This document shows, in pieces, positions 50,314-61,137 of a stretch of 64,000 bases of DNA. The notes beneath the pieces are model-generated. The model did no database searches and had not been told where the DNA came from. It saw only the letters and a program-made list of their open reading frames with translations. Position 1 is the stretch's first letter. Every line of letters begins with the position of its first letter. A program made the translations under genes and the position numbers. The stretch comes from Arcobacteraceae bacterium (GTDB lineage: Bacteria; Campylobacterota; Campylobacteria; Campylobacterales; Arcobacteraceae). The stretch lies in contig JBLWVX010000006.1 in assembly GCA_048268245.1 (NCBI GenBank), positions 1-64,000 on the forward strand. The letters are read 5' to 3'.

Positions 50314-52995
50314 TTATTTTAAGTCTTGCCACGACTCTCCTACGCATACTGACACTTTTAGAGGTATTTTTAATTTATAAATATTTTCCATAATTTTTTG
50401 TAAATCAGAAGTTATTTTTTCTATTTCCTCTTTTTTTATTTCAAAAATAAGTTCATCATGTATTTGTAATAACATTCTTATGTTTTCATTATTTCCATAT
50501 TTTTTAAATATTTCAAGCATTGATAGTTTAATTAAATCTGCTGCACTTCCTTGAAAAAGTGTATTTACAGACTCTCTTAAATATGCAGCTTTTTGCATTC
50601 CATTTGCTGAATTAAAATCAAATAGTCTCTTTCTTTTAATTAAAGTTTCTACAAAACCATTTTCATATGCAAAATCTTCTATTGATTTTAAATAGTTCTT
50701 TACATTTTTAAAAGCTTCAAAATATGACTCAATATATACTTTTGCTTCTTTTGATGAAATTCCTAATGTATCGCCAAGTTTTTTACTTCCCATTCCATAC
50801 AACAATCCAAAGTTAATTGATTTAGCAATTGATCTTTTTGCATCAGCCTCTTCTTCACCAAATATTTTAACAGCTGTTTGTCTGTGAATATCTAAGTTGT
50901 GATTAAAAGCTTCTACTAAAGCATCATCTTCACTAAAGTGTGCAAGAAGTCTTAGTTCAATTTGTGAATAGTCAATACCAACTAATCTATACCCATCTTG
51001 AGGAATAAAGGCTTTTCTTATTTGGTTTCCTACTTTACTTCTTACTGGAATATTTTGTAAATTAGGGTTTTTAGAACTTAATCTTCCTGTTGCTGTACCT
51101 GTTTGTAAAAATGAAGTATGAATTTTGCTTTCTTTATTTTCCAAAGCTAGTTTTAAAAGAGGTTCTAAATATGTAGATTGTAGTTTGTATGCTTCTCTAT
51201 ATTCTAGTAGTAAGGGAATAATATCATGTTGGTCTTCTAGTTTATGTAATACAACTTCATTTGTACTGTATCCTGATTTTGTTTTTTTAACAACAGGAAG
51301 ATCTAATGTTTCAAATAAGATTACTCCTAACTGTTTTGGTGAATTAATATTAAATTCACTCCCAGCAAGTTCATATATCTTAGTAGTTAAATCATTAATG
51401 TGAATACTATTTTTCTCTTTTAGTTCTTTTAGAACGTCTGAATCAATTTTAACACCATTACTTTCCATATTTGCTAGTACTTTTATGAAATCAAATTCAT
51501 ACTTAAAAGCGATATCTAAAAGTTTACTATTTTCTTCATCTTTAAATAACTCTAATTGTTTATTAAATAGTTTTAAAGTCATTAGTGCATCTTCTGCTGC
51601 ATAATTACAAGCTTCATTTATATTTACATTTGAGAAGTTTTCACCTTTTTTTACAACATCTTTATAAGCAATCATCTTATGGTCAAAATATTTATCTACT
51701 TGATAATCAAGTCCAATTTTTTCAGCAGTATTTAACATCCATGATAAAATCATAGTATCAGCATATAAATTTAATTCTATACCTAAATTTTCTTTTACAA
51801 TTACATAGTCATATTTGTAGTTTTGTAAAACAAGTTTAAAGTCATTTAGTTTTTCAATTGCTTTTTTTGAAGTTTCTAAACTTATTTGCTCCCCTACGCC
51901 TAAATAAAAATGTGAAATAGGTGCATAGTAAGCTTTGTTTGTTTCGTATGCAAAAGAAAAACCTACAATCTTTGCATTTTTTGCATCTACATCAGTAGTT
52001 TCTGTATCAAAAGCTACAATAGAGTCTTTTGGAATTGAGTTAATTACTTCAAAAAGTTTAGCTTCTGTATCTAATAAAATATATTTATAATTTACTTTTA
52101 CTTTTGCTTCAGGTATTTTAGTTTTATAATTTAAACCATTTTTATTTACCCTATCTATAATTCTATTCATGTCATATTCATTTAGAATATCTGCAATTTT
52201 TAAAATAGGATTTTCTTCTGGTAATGTAAACTCTTCTAAATTATCTATACAGTGACAATTGTGACTTAATGTAACTAATTGCTTAGAAACAAATGCCATT
52301 TCTTTTCCATCAGTAAGTAGAGTTTTCCATCTTTTCTTCTCGATATTTTCTAAGTTAGCATAAATATTATCTAAAGTTCCATACTCTTTTATTAAAGCTT
52401 CTGCTGTTTTAGCACCTACTCCTTTAACTCCAGGAACATTATCAGCACTATCCCCTAATAATGATTGATAGTCTGTAAATTGATTAGGTCTAACACCATA
52501 TTTTGCATAACAGTTTTCTTCGTTGATAACAACTTTTTTAATAGGATCAAAAAGATAAATAGAGTCATCTTCTATAAGTTGGTATAAATCTTTATCGTGA
52601 GATACAATTCTAACTTCTAAATCTTTTTGTTTTGCATCATGTGCAATAGATGCAATAATATCATCTGCTTCAAAACCTGTTCTAATTGCAGTTTTAAAGC
52701 CCATTTTTTCAATCCAATCAATTGCAACTGGAAGTTGTGCTAATAAGTCTTGGGGTACATCAGGTCTGTGAGACTTATATTCAGGGTATATTTCACTTCT
52801 AAAGGTATCGCCTTTAGCATCAAGAGCGAAAACTAAGTAGTCTGTTTGAAAATCTTTACCTATATTTGATATAAAATTCATAAAACCAGTTAATAATCCT
52901 GTTGGAAAACCAGTTTTTGATTTTAGAGGTGGCAAAGCATAATAAGATCTAAATAAAAATCCAAATGTATCAATAACAGTAATAGTTTTTTTCAT
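50314..52995 (-). CDS. polA: DNA polymerase I
   Basis: 5'-3' exonuclease (EADD, GDSADN), DTET, DYSQIELR, INFGLLYG, QIHDEL. Confidence 0.97.
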   Translation of the reverse strand: MKKTITVIDTFGFLFRSYYALPPLKSKTGFPTGLLTGFMNFISNIGKDFQTDYLVFALDAKGDTFRSEIYPEYKSHRPDVPQDLLAQLPVAIDWIEKMGFKTAIRTGFEADDIIASIAHDAKQKDLEVRIVSHDKDLYQLIEDDSIYLFDPIKKVVINEENCYAKYGVRPNQFTDYQSLLGDSADNVPGVKGVGAKTAEALIKEYGTLDNIYANLENIEKKRWKTLLTDGKEMAFVSKQLVTLSHNCHCIDNLEEFTLPEENPILKIADILNEYDMNRIIDRVNKNGLNYKTKIPEAKVKVNYKYILLDTEAKLFEVINSIPKDSIVAFDTETTDVDAKNAKIVGFSFAYETNKAYYAPISHFYLGVGEQISLETSKKAIEKLNDFKLVLQNYKYDYVIVKENLGIELNLYADTMILSWMLNTAEKIGLDYQVDKYFDHKMIAYKDVVKKGENFSNVNINEACNYAAEDALMTLKLFNKQLELFKDEENSKLLDIAFKYEFDFIKVLANMESNGVKIDSDVLKELKEKNSIHINDLTTKIYELAGSEFNINSPKQLGVILFETLDLPVVKKTKSGYSTNEVVLHKLEDQHDIIPLLLEYREAYKLQSTYLEPLLKLALENKESKIHTSFLQTGTATGRLSSKNPNLQNIPVRSKVGNQIRKAFIPQDGYRLVGIDYSQIELRLLAHFSEDDALVEAFNHNLDIHRQTAVKIFGEEEADAKRSIAKSINFGLLYGMGSKKLGDTLGISSKEAKVYIESYFEAFKNVKNYLKSIEDFAYENGFVETLIKRKRLFDFNSANGMQKAAYLRESVNTLFQGSAADLIKLSMLEIFKKYGNNENIRMLLQIHDELIFEIKKEEIEKITSDLQKIMENIYKLKIPLKVSVCVGESWQDLK

Positions 52996-53081
52996 TAATT
53001 TCTTCTTTCATAGTCGTATTTAAAGATAATATATTATAATATGTACACTAAAAATAAGGTTTTACAAGATAAGGAATTAAA

Positions 53082-53807
53082 ATGATTATTATACCTGCAA
53101 GATTAAACTCTAGTAGATTTGAAAATAAAATATTAGTTGATATTATGGGCTTACCAATGGTGATTAAAACAGCTAGACAAGTAAGTTCATTAGATACAGT
53201 TGTAATTGCAACTGATTCACAAGAAGTAATTGATCTTGCAAAAGAGCATGGTTTTGATGCTGTTATGACATCAAGTGAACATCAAAGTGGAACAGATAGA
53301 ATTAATGAGGCTGTAAATAAACTAAATTTAGATGAGAATGAAATTATAGTTAATGTTCAAGCAGATGAACCTTTTATAGAAACACAAGTTGTGGAGTCTG
53401 TTATAAATAGAGTAAAAGAGGTAATTGAAAATGATGAAGATGTTATGATTACTTCTTGTTATAAAAAGATTAGTTCTGAACTTGCAGATGATCCAAACCA
53501 TGTTAAAGTGGTATTAGATGAGTTGGGAAATGCAATATATTTCTCTAGAGCAAAAGTACCATACCATAGAGACCACTATGATAATTCAAGTTATTATGGT
53601 CATTTAGGTATTTATGGATTTACAAAAAAATCTTTAAACGCATTTTGTGAGTTAAATCCATCGAAATTAGAAGCTATTGAAAAGTTAGAACAATTAAGAG
53701 CAATAGATAATGGAAATAAAATTGCTATGGTTCAAGTGGAGTCTAAATCTTTTGGTATAGATACACAGGAAGATTTAAATAACGCACTTAAGATATTTGG
53801 TAAATAA
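53082..53807 (+). CDS. kdsB: 3-deoxy-manno-octulosonate cytidylyltransferase
   Basis: IIPAR..SSRF..K, SGTDR, NVQADEP, YFSR, EKLEQLR. Confidence 0.95.
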   Translation: MIIIPARLNSSRFENKILVDIMGLPMVIKTARQVSSLDTVVIATDSQEVIDLAKEHGFDAVMTSSEHQSGTDRINEAVNKLNLDENEIIVNVQADEPFIETQVVESVINRVKEVIENDEDVMITSCYKKISSELADDPNHVKVVLDELGNAIYFSRAKVPYHRDHYDNSSYYGHLGIYGFTKKSLNAFCELNPSKLEAIEKLEQLRAIDNGNKIAMVQVESKSFGIDTQEDLNNALKIFGK

Positions 53808-53903
53808 TTTAAAATTCATAGTTTTATTCGAACCACAGCTATAAAAGTGATTTTAAAGCAATTTTATGTAAAACTATTAAAAGTAATAATATTAAGGTAA
53901 AAA

Positions 53904-55865
53904 ATGCATTTTAGTGTCTTGATAGCTGATAAGAATCTTGAAGATTATTTAGGATTTAATCAGCATATTAAAAAATATACTAATGATATAACAATTAACT
54001 ATTCTACAACTAGTAAAGAAGTTCTTTTTAATTTAGAGAATAAAAACTTACTTGTATTGAATACAAACATTAGTAAATATGAACAAATTACACAAAGATG
54101 TAAACAGTTAGATATAGCAATACTATTAATTTGTGAGAATGAAATATCTAGAAAAGAGTATGATTACTTATTAACACCTATTGATTATGATGAATTATAC
54201 TTCAAGCTTGAAAACTACAATAGTTTACATGTAAAAGATATTCAAATAAAAAAAGAACAAGAGCTTTCTAGTTCTATTATAAACAATATTAATAACCCTT
54301 TATTTTTAACAGATGGCAAAAATGTTATTTTCTCTAATCAATACTTTAATCAATTAACATCTTGTCAAAATGAAGATGAGATAAATACAAAGTATAAAAA
54401 AATCTCAAATATTTTTGAGAATGAACCTGAGTGTATGCAAAAAGGCGATGACAGTTGGTTAGAGAAAACGGAAAGAGAAGACAATAAAGTTTGTATTATT
54501 GATAAGGGTAAAAAAAAATATTTCACTATACAAAAAATTTTCCTTGCTCATAATCATACAAATATTATTCTTCTAAATGATATCTCTCATGAGATAAAGT
54601 ATAAAAATGATTTATATAATCTTCTTTATACTGATAATCTAACTTCTTTACCAAATAGAGCTAAATTAATTGATAGCTTACAACATAATAGACTAAATTT
54701 AGATGCCATTTCAATTTTTGATATTAATTCATTTAAAGAGATAAATGACTTCTTTGGTCATAGAATTGGGGATGATATATTAAAAGGTGTTGGTGAGTTA
54801 ATTTACAATTGTATTAAAGATTATAAGCAACTAAGTCTATACAAGTTTCCTGCTGATACTTATTGTATTACTAATACAAATTTAGAACAAGATAAGTTTT
54901 TAGAAATTGTTCAAAATATTTCAGAAGAAGTTTATAAAAAAGTGTTCTATTATGAACAATATGAAATTGATGTTAGAATTACAGCTGGTATTTCTTTTTC
55001 AAATAAAAACAATAAACTTATTACTGCAGATATTGCATTGCAAAGTGCAAAAAAAGACCATAAAGACTATTTAGTATTTTATGATGAATTAGATAAATTT
55101 CAAGAGTATGAAAATAATATGTTGTGGTCTAAAAAACTAAAAAACGCATTTAATAATGACAAGATTGTAGTATTTTATCAACCGCTTATAAATAATAAGA
55201 CAATGAAAGTTGATAAATATGAGTGTTTAGTTAGACTTATTGATGAAGACGGAAAGGTAATATCTCCATTTTTCTTCTTGGATATATCTAAAAAATCTAA
55301 CCAATATATAAAACTTACGAAAATTGTAATAGAAAAGTCTTTTAAAAAGTTTTCTGATTTACCTTTTGAGTTTTCTGTTAATATATCTTATGAAGATATT
55401 GTAGACTCAGAGTTTTTAGATTTTATAAAAGAAAAAATTAAAAAATATAATGTCTCAAATAAAGTTGTATTTGAAATACTTGAAGATGAGAATGTTAAAA
55501 ACTATGAGTTGTTAATTAACTTTGTTGATGAGATAAAATCTTTAGGATGTAAAGTAGCTATTGATGATTTTGGTAGTGGGTATTCTAATTTTGAGCATTT
55601 ATTAAAAATGAATGTTGATTATTTAAAAATAGATGCTTCATTGATTAAAAATATTGCAGTTGATGAAAACTCTTTTAAAATCACTAAAACTATAGTAGAA
55701 TTTGCTAAGAACTTAAATCTAAAAACTATTGCAGAGTTTGTTGAGAATAAAGAGATATTTGATATTACAAAAGAGTTGGGAACTGACTTTTCACAAGGTT
55801 ACTATTTTTCAGCTCCAATAGCAGAACCTAATTTGTATGAGTTTACAGGAGAGAACAATGAATAA
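53904..55865 (+). CDS. PAS-like/GGDEF(degenerate)-EAL protein, probable c-di-GMP phosphodiesterase
   Basis: DNLTSLPNR; GGDEF replaced by PADTY; ECLVRL; IDDFGSGYS; LKID. Confidence 0.88.
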   Translation: MHFSVLIADKNLEDYLGFNQHIKKYTNDITINYSTTSKEVLFNLENKNLLVLNTNISKYEQITQRCKQLDIAILLICENEISRKEYDYLLTPIDYDELYFKLENYNSLHVKDIQIKKEQELSSSIINNINNPLFLTDGKNVIFSNQYFNQLTSCQNEDEINTKYKKISNIFENEPECMQKGDDSWLEKTEREDNKVCIIDKGKKKYFTIQKIFLAHNHTNIILLNDISHEIKYKNDLYNLLYTDNLTSLPNRAKLIDSLQHNRLNLDAISIFDINSFKEINDFFGHRIGDDILKGVGELIYNCIKDYKQLSLYKFPADTYCITNTNLEQDKFLEIVQNISEEVYKKVFYYEQYEIDVRITAGISFSNKNNKLITADIALQSAKKDHKDYLVFYDELDKFQEYENNMLWSKKLKNAFNNDKIVVFYQPLINNKTMKVDKYECLVRLIDEDGKVISPFFFLDISKKSNQYIKLTKIVIEKSFKKFSDLPFEFSVNISYEDIVDSEFLDFIKEKIKKYNVSNKVVFEILEDENVKNYELLINFVDEIKSLGCKVAIDDFGSGYSNFEHLLKMNVDYLKIDASLIKNIAVDENSFKITKTIVEFAKNLNLKTIAEFVENKEIFDITKELGTDFSQGYYFSAPIAEPNLYEFTGENNE

Positions 55866-57177
55866 AGAGATTTTAGAGAACATCTCTGTTTTATATGTAG
55901 AAGATGAAAATGATGTAAGAGAGTTTACAGCTAAACTTTTAGGTTCATTGGTAAAAAAAGTTTATGCAGCTGCAAATGGTTTAGAAGGTTTAGAAACTTT
56001 TAAAGAAAACTCATCTGATATTGATTTGATTGTATCTGATATTAATATGCCTAAAATGGATGGCCTTGAGATGTGTACACAAATCAAGGAAATAAGCAAA
56101 GAAATCCCAATTGTAATTACAAGTGCACATAACGACCCTAACTTTTTAAAAAGAGCTATAGATGTAGGTGTTAATACTTATGCTATGAAACCTATTGACT
56201 TATACCAGTTAGTTGAAAGTATGATAAAAGCAATTGAACCAATTTTGTTAAAAAGAGAGTTAGAGCAATTAAATATTTCATTAGAATCAAGAGTGGAACA
56301 AGAAGTTCAAAAATTAAAATCAATACTTGATGCACAAGATAACATAGTAATTGTTACAAATAATGATACTCTATCAAATGTAAATAAGAAATTCTTAGAG
56401 TTCTTTAAAGTAAGTAGTATTGAAGAATTTATCTCAAAAACAGCTAATATTTATGACTTATTCCAAGAAGAGTATGGTTTTATTACAAAAGATTTATTGC
56501 AAAAACAAGATTGCTGGATAAGTTATATTAAAAAACTTCCTGAAATAGATAGAGTTGTAAAAATAAAGAATTCAAACGATGAAGAAAGAATTTTTACTGT
56601 TAATATTGATAATTATGATGAAAAAGACAACTATTATGTATTGTCATTGACTGATATTACTGAATTAAAAGAGAAATCAAATCTTTTAGAGTATCAAGCA
56701 AGTCATGACTCTTTAACAGGTCTTAATAATAGAAATAAATTTAAAGAAATATATGGAAAAGAAATAAGAAGAGGTTTTAGATATAAGAATGATTTATCTT
56801 TAATAATTTTTGATTTAGACTTCTTTAAAAATATAAATGATACTTATGGCCATCAAATAGGTGACGAAGTATTAAAAGATATTTCACAAGTAGTTTTAGG
56901 AAATGTTAGAGAACATGATATTGTTGTTAGATGGGGTGGAGAAGAGTTTTTAATTTTACTTCCAGAAACTTCATTAGAAGGCTCTTTAAATGTTGCCCAA
57001 AAGATAAGAATGGCAATAGAAGATAAAGAGTTTAGTTCTAAGAATCTAAAATTAACTGCTAGTTTTGGTATTGCTTCTTTAAAAGATGGAGATGATGAAA
57101 GTACACTTCTTGAAAGAACTGATGAGGCTTTATATGAAGCTAAAAAATCAGGTAGAAATAAAGTAGTTGTAAACTAA
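55858..57177 (+). CDS. REC-PAS-GGDEF diguanylate cyclase
   Basis: VEDE/DINMP receiver, REHD I-site, RWGGEEF. Start at ATG 55858 after AGGAGAG. Confidence 0.9.
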   Translation: MNKEILENISVLYVEDENDVREFTAKLLGSLVKKVYAAANGLEGLETFKENSSDIDLIVSDINMPKMDGLEMCTQIKEISKEIPIVITSAHNDPNFLKRAIDVGVNTYAMKPIDLYQLVESMIKAIEPILLKRELEQLNISLESRVEQEVQKLKSILDAQDNIVIVTNNDTLSNVNKKFLEFFKVSSIEEFISKTANIYDLFQEEYGFITKDLLQKQDCWISYIKKLPEIDRVVKIKNSNDEERIFTVNIDNYDEKDNYYVLSLTDITELKEKSNLLEYQASHDSLTGLNNRNKFKEIYGKEIRRGFRYKNDLSLIIFDLDFFKNINDTYGHQIGDEVLKDISQVVLGNVREHDIVVRWGGEEFLILLPETSLEGSLNVAQKIRMAIEDKEFSSKNLKLTASFGIASLKDGDDESTLLERTDEALYEAKKSGRNKVVVN

Positions 57178-57190
57178 GAAGATTTTAACA

Positions 57191-57916
57191 TTAGAAGTTA
57201 AAATCTTCACCTAAGTAGTGTTCTCTTACTTTATCATCGTTTCTTATTTCTTCACTAGTACCACTTGAAAGAAGTGCTCCTGCTTTCATAACATATGCTC
57301 TATCACAAATCTGTAAAGTCTCTCTAACATTATGATCTGTAATTAAAACACCAATATTTATTTTTGTTAATTGTGAAATAATTTCTTGAATATCTTTTAC
57401 TGCAATTGGGTCAACCCCTGCAAAAGGTTCATCAAGTAATAAAAACTTTGGATGAGAAACTAGTGCTCTTGCAATTTCTGTTCTTCTTCTCTCCCCACCT
57501 GATAGTGATACACCTTTTCTTTGACGAATTGGTTCAATATTAAATATTTCAAGTAACTCTTCAACTCTTTTGTGTTGCTCTTCCTTATCATCAGTCACAA
57601 TTTGAGCTGCTAACATAAGATTGTCTTCTACAGATAAGTCTTTAAAAATAGATGATTCTTGAGGTAAGTAACCTATTCCTTTTAAAGCTCTTTTATGTAA
57701 AGGTAAATGAGTTATTTCTTTGTCATCAAAATATACATCACCTGAACTTGGTTTTACTAAACCACAAACAGTATAGAATGTTGTAGTTTTACCAGCACCA
57801 TTTGGACCTAATAATCCAATAATTTCTCCAGAGTTTACTTCTAAAGAAATACCATGTAAAATTTCAGTTTTTTTAATGGTTTTTGTTATATCTTTAATAT
57901 GTAGTTTATGATTCAA
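57191..57916 (-). CDS. lptB: LPS export ABC transporter ATPase
   Basis: GPNGAGKTT, LSGGERRR, DEPFAGVDP, TDHNVRET. Confidence 0.95.
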   Translation of the reverse strand: MNHKLHIKDITKTIKKTEILHGISLEVNSGEIIGLLGPNGAGKTTTFYTVCGLVKPSSGDVYFDDKEITHLPLHKRALKGIGYLPQESSIFKDLSVEDNLMLAAQIVTDDKEEQHKRVEELLEIFNIEPIRQRKGVSLSGGERRRTEIARALVSHPKFLLLDEPFAGVDPIAVKDIQEIISQLTKINIGVLITDHNVRETLQICDRAYVMKAGALLSSGTSEEIRNDDKVREHYLGEDFNF

Positions 57917-58322
57917 TTGTATATAACCTTTTATTGTCTTTTTTATCTATATTTATTACTAAAACTTCGTAGCCATACTCATTTAGTATTTCTTGAAGTT
58001 TTTTATCTCCCCATTCAACAAAATGAATTCCACTTTTTTCAAACTCTTCTAGCATTCCTAGTGAGATAAACTCTTCTAGTGTTTTATTGTAAACATCATA
58101 ATGATATATTTTATCAGAGTAGATAGATTGTAATGAAAAGGTTGGAGAAGTTACTAAATCATCTAGTCCTAAGTTTTGTACGTAATTTTTAACAAGTGTA
58201 GTTTTACCACTTGCTAAATCACCTCTTAATATTATAATACAATCCTTATTATTTAAGATTGATTTTAAATAAGAGCATAATTCTTTTAGTTGGTTTTCTT
58301 TTAATTCAAACTCTTTAGTCAA
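57906..58322 (-). CDS. tsaE: tRNA t6A biosynthesis ATPase
   Basis: GDLASGKTT, VTSPTF, HYDVY, VEW. Confidence 0.92.
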   Translation of the reverse strand: MTKEFELKENQLKELCSYLKSILNNKDCIIILRGDLASGKTTLVKNYVQNLGLDDLVTSPTFSLQSIYSDKIYHYDVYNKTLEEFISLGMLEEFEKSGIHFVEWGDKKLQEILNEYGYEVLVINIDKKDNKRLYTIES

Positions 58323-58334
58323 TTTTTATTCCAC

Positions 58335-59318
58335 TTAATTTAATTGATTTGATATTTTAATAAGCTCTTCTAGCTTTTCTTTTGCTTTTCCACTTTTAAT
58401 TGTATCTTTAGCAATTTCAATACCTTCTTTTATATCTCTTGCTTTTTCATCTACTATTAAAGCAACAGCAGTATTTATAAGAACTATATCAAGTTTTGGT
58501 CCAATTATTTCATCAAATAAAATTGCTCTTGTTGTCATTGCATTTTCTTTTGCATCACCACCAACAATATACTCTTTTGGTGCTAGTTTTAAACCGAATT
58601 CTTCAGGATCAATTTCAAAGTCTTCAATTTTACCATTTATTAATGATGTAGCATAAGAAATATCAGAAATAGATACTTCATCCATTCCATCTTTTGAAGA
58701 AACAATTATTGATCTTTTTGTATCAAGCATATCTAAAGCATATGCAATTTTGTTTATATAAGTTTTGTCAAATACTCCTATAAGTTGCTTTGATACCGTT
58801 GCAGGGTTTGATAAAGGTCCTAAGATATTGAAAATAGTTCTATGTGGGATTGATTTTCTAATAGGCATGATATATTTCATAGCAGGATGATGATTTTGTG
58901 CAAACATAAAACAAAAGTTTGAATCTTCAAGCATTTTAGCTGAGTTTTCAAGTGACATTTCAAGATTTATACCTAAAGCCTCAAGCATATCAGCACTACC
59001 ACTTTTACTTGTAATACTTCTATTTCCATGTTTTGCTACATATGAACCACTAGCAGCTAATAATATTGATACAGTTGTAGAGATATTAAAAGAGTTTGAT
59101 TTATCTCCTCCTGTACCACAATTATCGATTAGTTTTTCTTTTATACTGTAGTGAACAGGAAGAGGAATCAAATGATCTCTCATAGCACTAGCAGCTCCTG
59201 CAATCTCTGCAGCAGTTTCGCCTCTTTCATAAAGTTCAATTAAATAATCTCTTACTTCTTCTTGTGGTAATCTATTTTCAAAAATATCATCAAATTTTAA
59301 TTTTGCACTATTAAACAT
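58335..59318 (-). CDS. trpD: Anthranilate phosphoribosyltransferase
   Basis: DNCGTGGD, NISTT, KHGNR, GSAD, FNILGPL. Confidence 0.95.
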   Translation of the reverse strand: MFNSAKLKFDDIFENRLPQEEVRDYLIELYERGETAAEIAGAASAMRDHLIPLPVHYSIKEKLIDNCGTGGDKSNSFNISTTVSILLAASGSYVAKHGNRSITSKSGSADMLEALGINLEMSLENSAKMLEDSNFCFMFAQNHHPAMKYIMPIRKSIPHRTIFNILGPLSNPATVSKQLIGVFDKTYINKIAYALDMLDTKRSIIVSSKDGMDEVSISDISYATSLINGKIEDFEIDPEEFGLKLAPKEYIVGGDAKENAMTTRAILFDEIIGPKLDIVLINTAVALIVDEKARDIKEGIEIAKDTIKSGKAKEKLEELIKISNQLN

Positions 59319-59320
59319 AT

Positions 59321-59572
59321 TTATCCTTCTATTTTCTTTACGTACTCTTCCATTTTAGATTTAGGTGTAGATTTTGATGTAGGTATTTGTAGAACTTCAA
59401 ATTTATCACTTCTTTCAAGATATTTAATCTCAATTAAATCCCCTACTTTTACCTCTTTTGCTTTTTTAACAGCTTGATTGTTAATAAAAACAACTTTATG
59501 TTCAAGCATATCTTCAGCAACTGCTCTTCTTTTTGTAATATTTACGGCGTTTAAAAATTTATCTATTCTCAT
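59321..59572 (-). CDS. S4-domain RNA-binding protein (Hsp15/RqcP-like)
   Basis: MRIDKFL...KRR..A...K.AKEVKVGD. Confidence 0.88.
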   Translation of the reverse strand: MRIDKFLNAVNITKRRAVAEDMLEHKVVFINNQAVKKAKEVKVGDLIEIKYLERSDKFEVLQIPTSKSTPKSKMEEYVKKIEG

Positions 59573-59718
59573 AAGAGAGATTATATCTAATTATTATTAA
59601 AAGTGCTTTTTATACACTAAATATTAAGTAAAGGTTAATAATATGTTTAAATTATTTTATAGTTATATTTAGATATAATATATGCTTAAAATTTATATGA
59701 AATCATAGGATAAATTAA

Positions 59719-60966
59719 ATGAGTAAAAAAGATGTTAAAAAAGTTGTATTAGCTTATAGTGGTGGGCTAGATACTTCTACTATTTTAAAATGGCTTCAAG
59801 ACGAGTATAATGCTGAAGTTATTACTTTTACTGCTGACTTAGGTCAAGGTGAAGAAGTTGAACCTGCAAGAGAAAAAGCTTTAGCTTGTGGAATTAAACC
59901 TGAAAATATTTTTATTTTAGATATCAAAGAAGAGTTTGTTAAAGATTACGTATTCCCAATGTTTAGAGCAAATGCAATTTATGAAGGTGAATATTTATTA
60001 GGTACGTCAATTGCTAGACCTTTAATTGCTAAAAAGCAAATTGAAATTGCAAATAAAATGGGTGCAGATGCAGTATCTCATGGTGCTACTGGAAAAGGAA
60101 ATGACCAAGTAAGATTTGAACTTGGATACTTAGGATTAAATCCTGATATTACTGTTATTGCTCCTTGGAGAGAATGGGATTTAAATTCAAGAGAAAAATT
60201 ATTAGCATATGCAAGAGAGCATGGAATTGAAATTGATAAGAAACACTTAGATGAAAATGGAAATCCAGCAATTTCTCCTTATTCTATGGATGCAAACTTA
60301 CTTCATATTTCTTATGAAGGTTTATCATTAGAAAATCCAAATGCAGAACCAGAAGAATCAATGTGGTTATGGACTAATTCCCCTGAAGAAGCACCAAATG
60401 AAGCTGAATATATTACAATTTCATATAAAAATGGTGATCCTATTGCTATTAATGGTGAAGAAATGTCACCTGCAACTATCTTAGAGACTTTAAATAAATA
60501 TGGAAATAAACACGGTATTGGAAGAATCGATATCGTTGAAAATAGATATGTTGGAATGAAAGCTAGAGGTTGTTATGAAACTCCAGGTGGAACTATCATG
60601 TTAAAAGCACATAGAGCAATTGAATCAATTACATTAGATAGAGAAGCTTCTCACTTAAAAGATGAACTAATGCCTAAATATGCTAAGTTAATTTACCAAG
60701 GATATTGGTTCTCTCCTGAAAGAGAAATGATGCAAGCAGCTATTGATAAAACACAAGAAAATGTAGAAGGTACAGTAAGATTAAAACTTTATAAAGGTAA
60801 TGTTATTGTAGTTGGAAGAGAATCAGAAAAATCTTTATTCTCAGAAGCACACTCTACATTTGAAGAAGATGAAGTATATAATCAAAAAGATGCAGAAGGA
60901 TTTATTAGACTTAATGCACTAAGATTTATAATTTCTGGTGAAAATAAAAAATACTATCATTTATAA
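59719..60966 (+). CDS. argG: Argininosuccinate synthase
   Basis: [28 protein letters not shown]. Confidence 0.97.
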   Translation: MSKKDVKKVVLAYSGGLDTSTILKWLQDEYNAEVITFTADLGQGEEVEPAREKALACGIKPENIFILDIKEEFVKDYVFPMFRANAIYEGEYLLGTSIARPLIAKKQIEIANKMGADAVSHGATGKGNDQVRFELGYLGLNPDITVIAPWREWDLNSREKLLAYAREHGIEIDKKHLDENGNPAISPYSMDANLLHISYEGLSLENPNAEPEESMWLWTNSPEEAPNEAEYITISYKNGDPIAINGEEMSPATILETLNKYGNKHGIGRIDIVENRYVGMKARGCYETPGGTIMLKAHRAIESITLDREASHLKDELMPKYAKLIYQGYWFSPEREMMQAAIDKTQENVEGTVRLKLYKGNVIVVGRESEKSLFSEAHSTFEEDEVYNQKDAEGFIRLNALRFIISGENKKYYHL

Positions 60967-60998
60967 AAATATAAATAAATAATATTTATATTGCTTAC

Positions 60999-61031
60999 AA
61001 AAAGGGCATTTTTTACAAATGCCCTTTTTTT
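60999..61031 (+). terminator. Intrinsic terminator after argG
   Basis: AAAAAGGGCATTT-loop-AAATGCCCTTTTTTT. Confidence 0.85.
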
Positions 61032-61137
61032 ATTATCAATAAAACCTATACCCAAACTTTTTATAGTAGCTAAAATGTAACTTTTTTAGGATATAATATT
61101 ATATGTATTTATATAATTTAGAAAAAAGTGAAAATAA

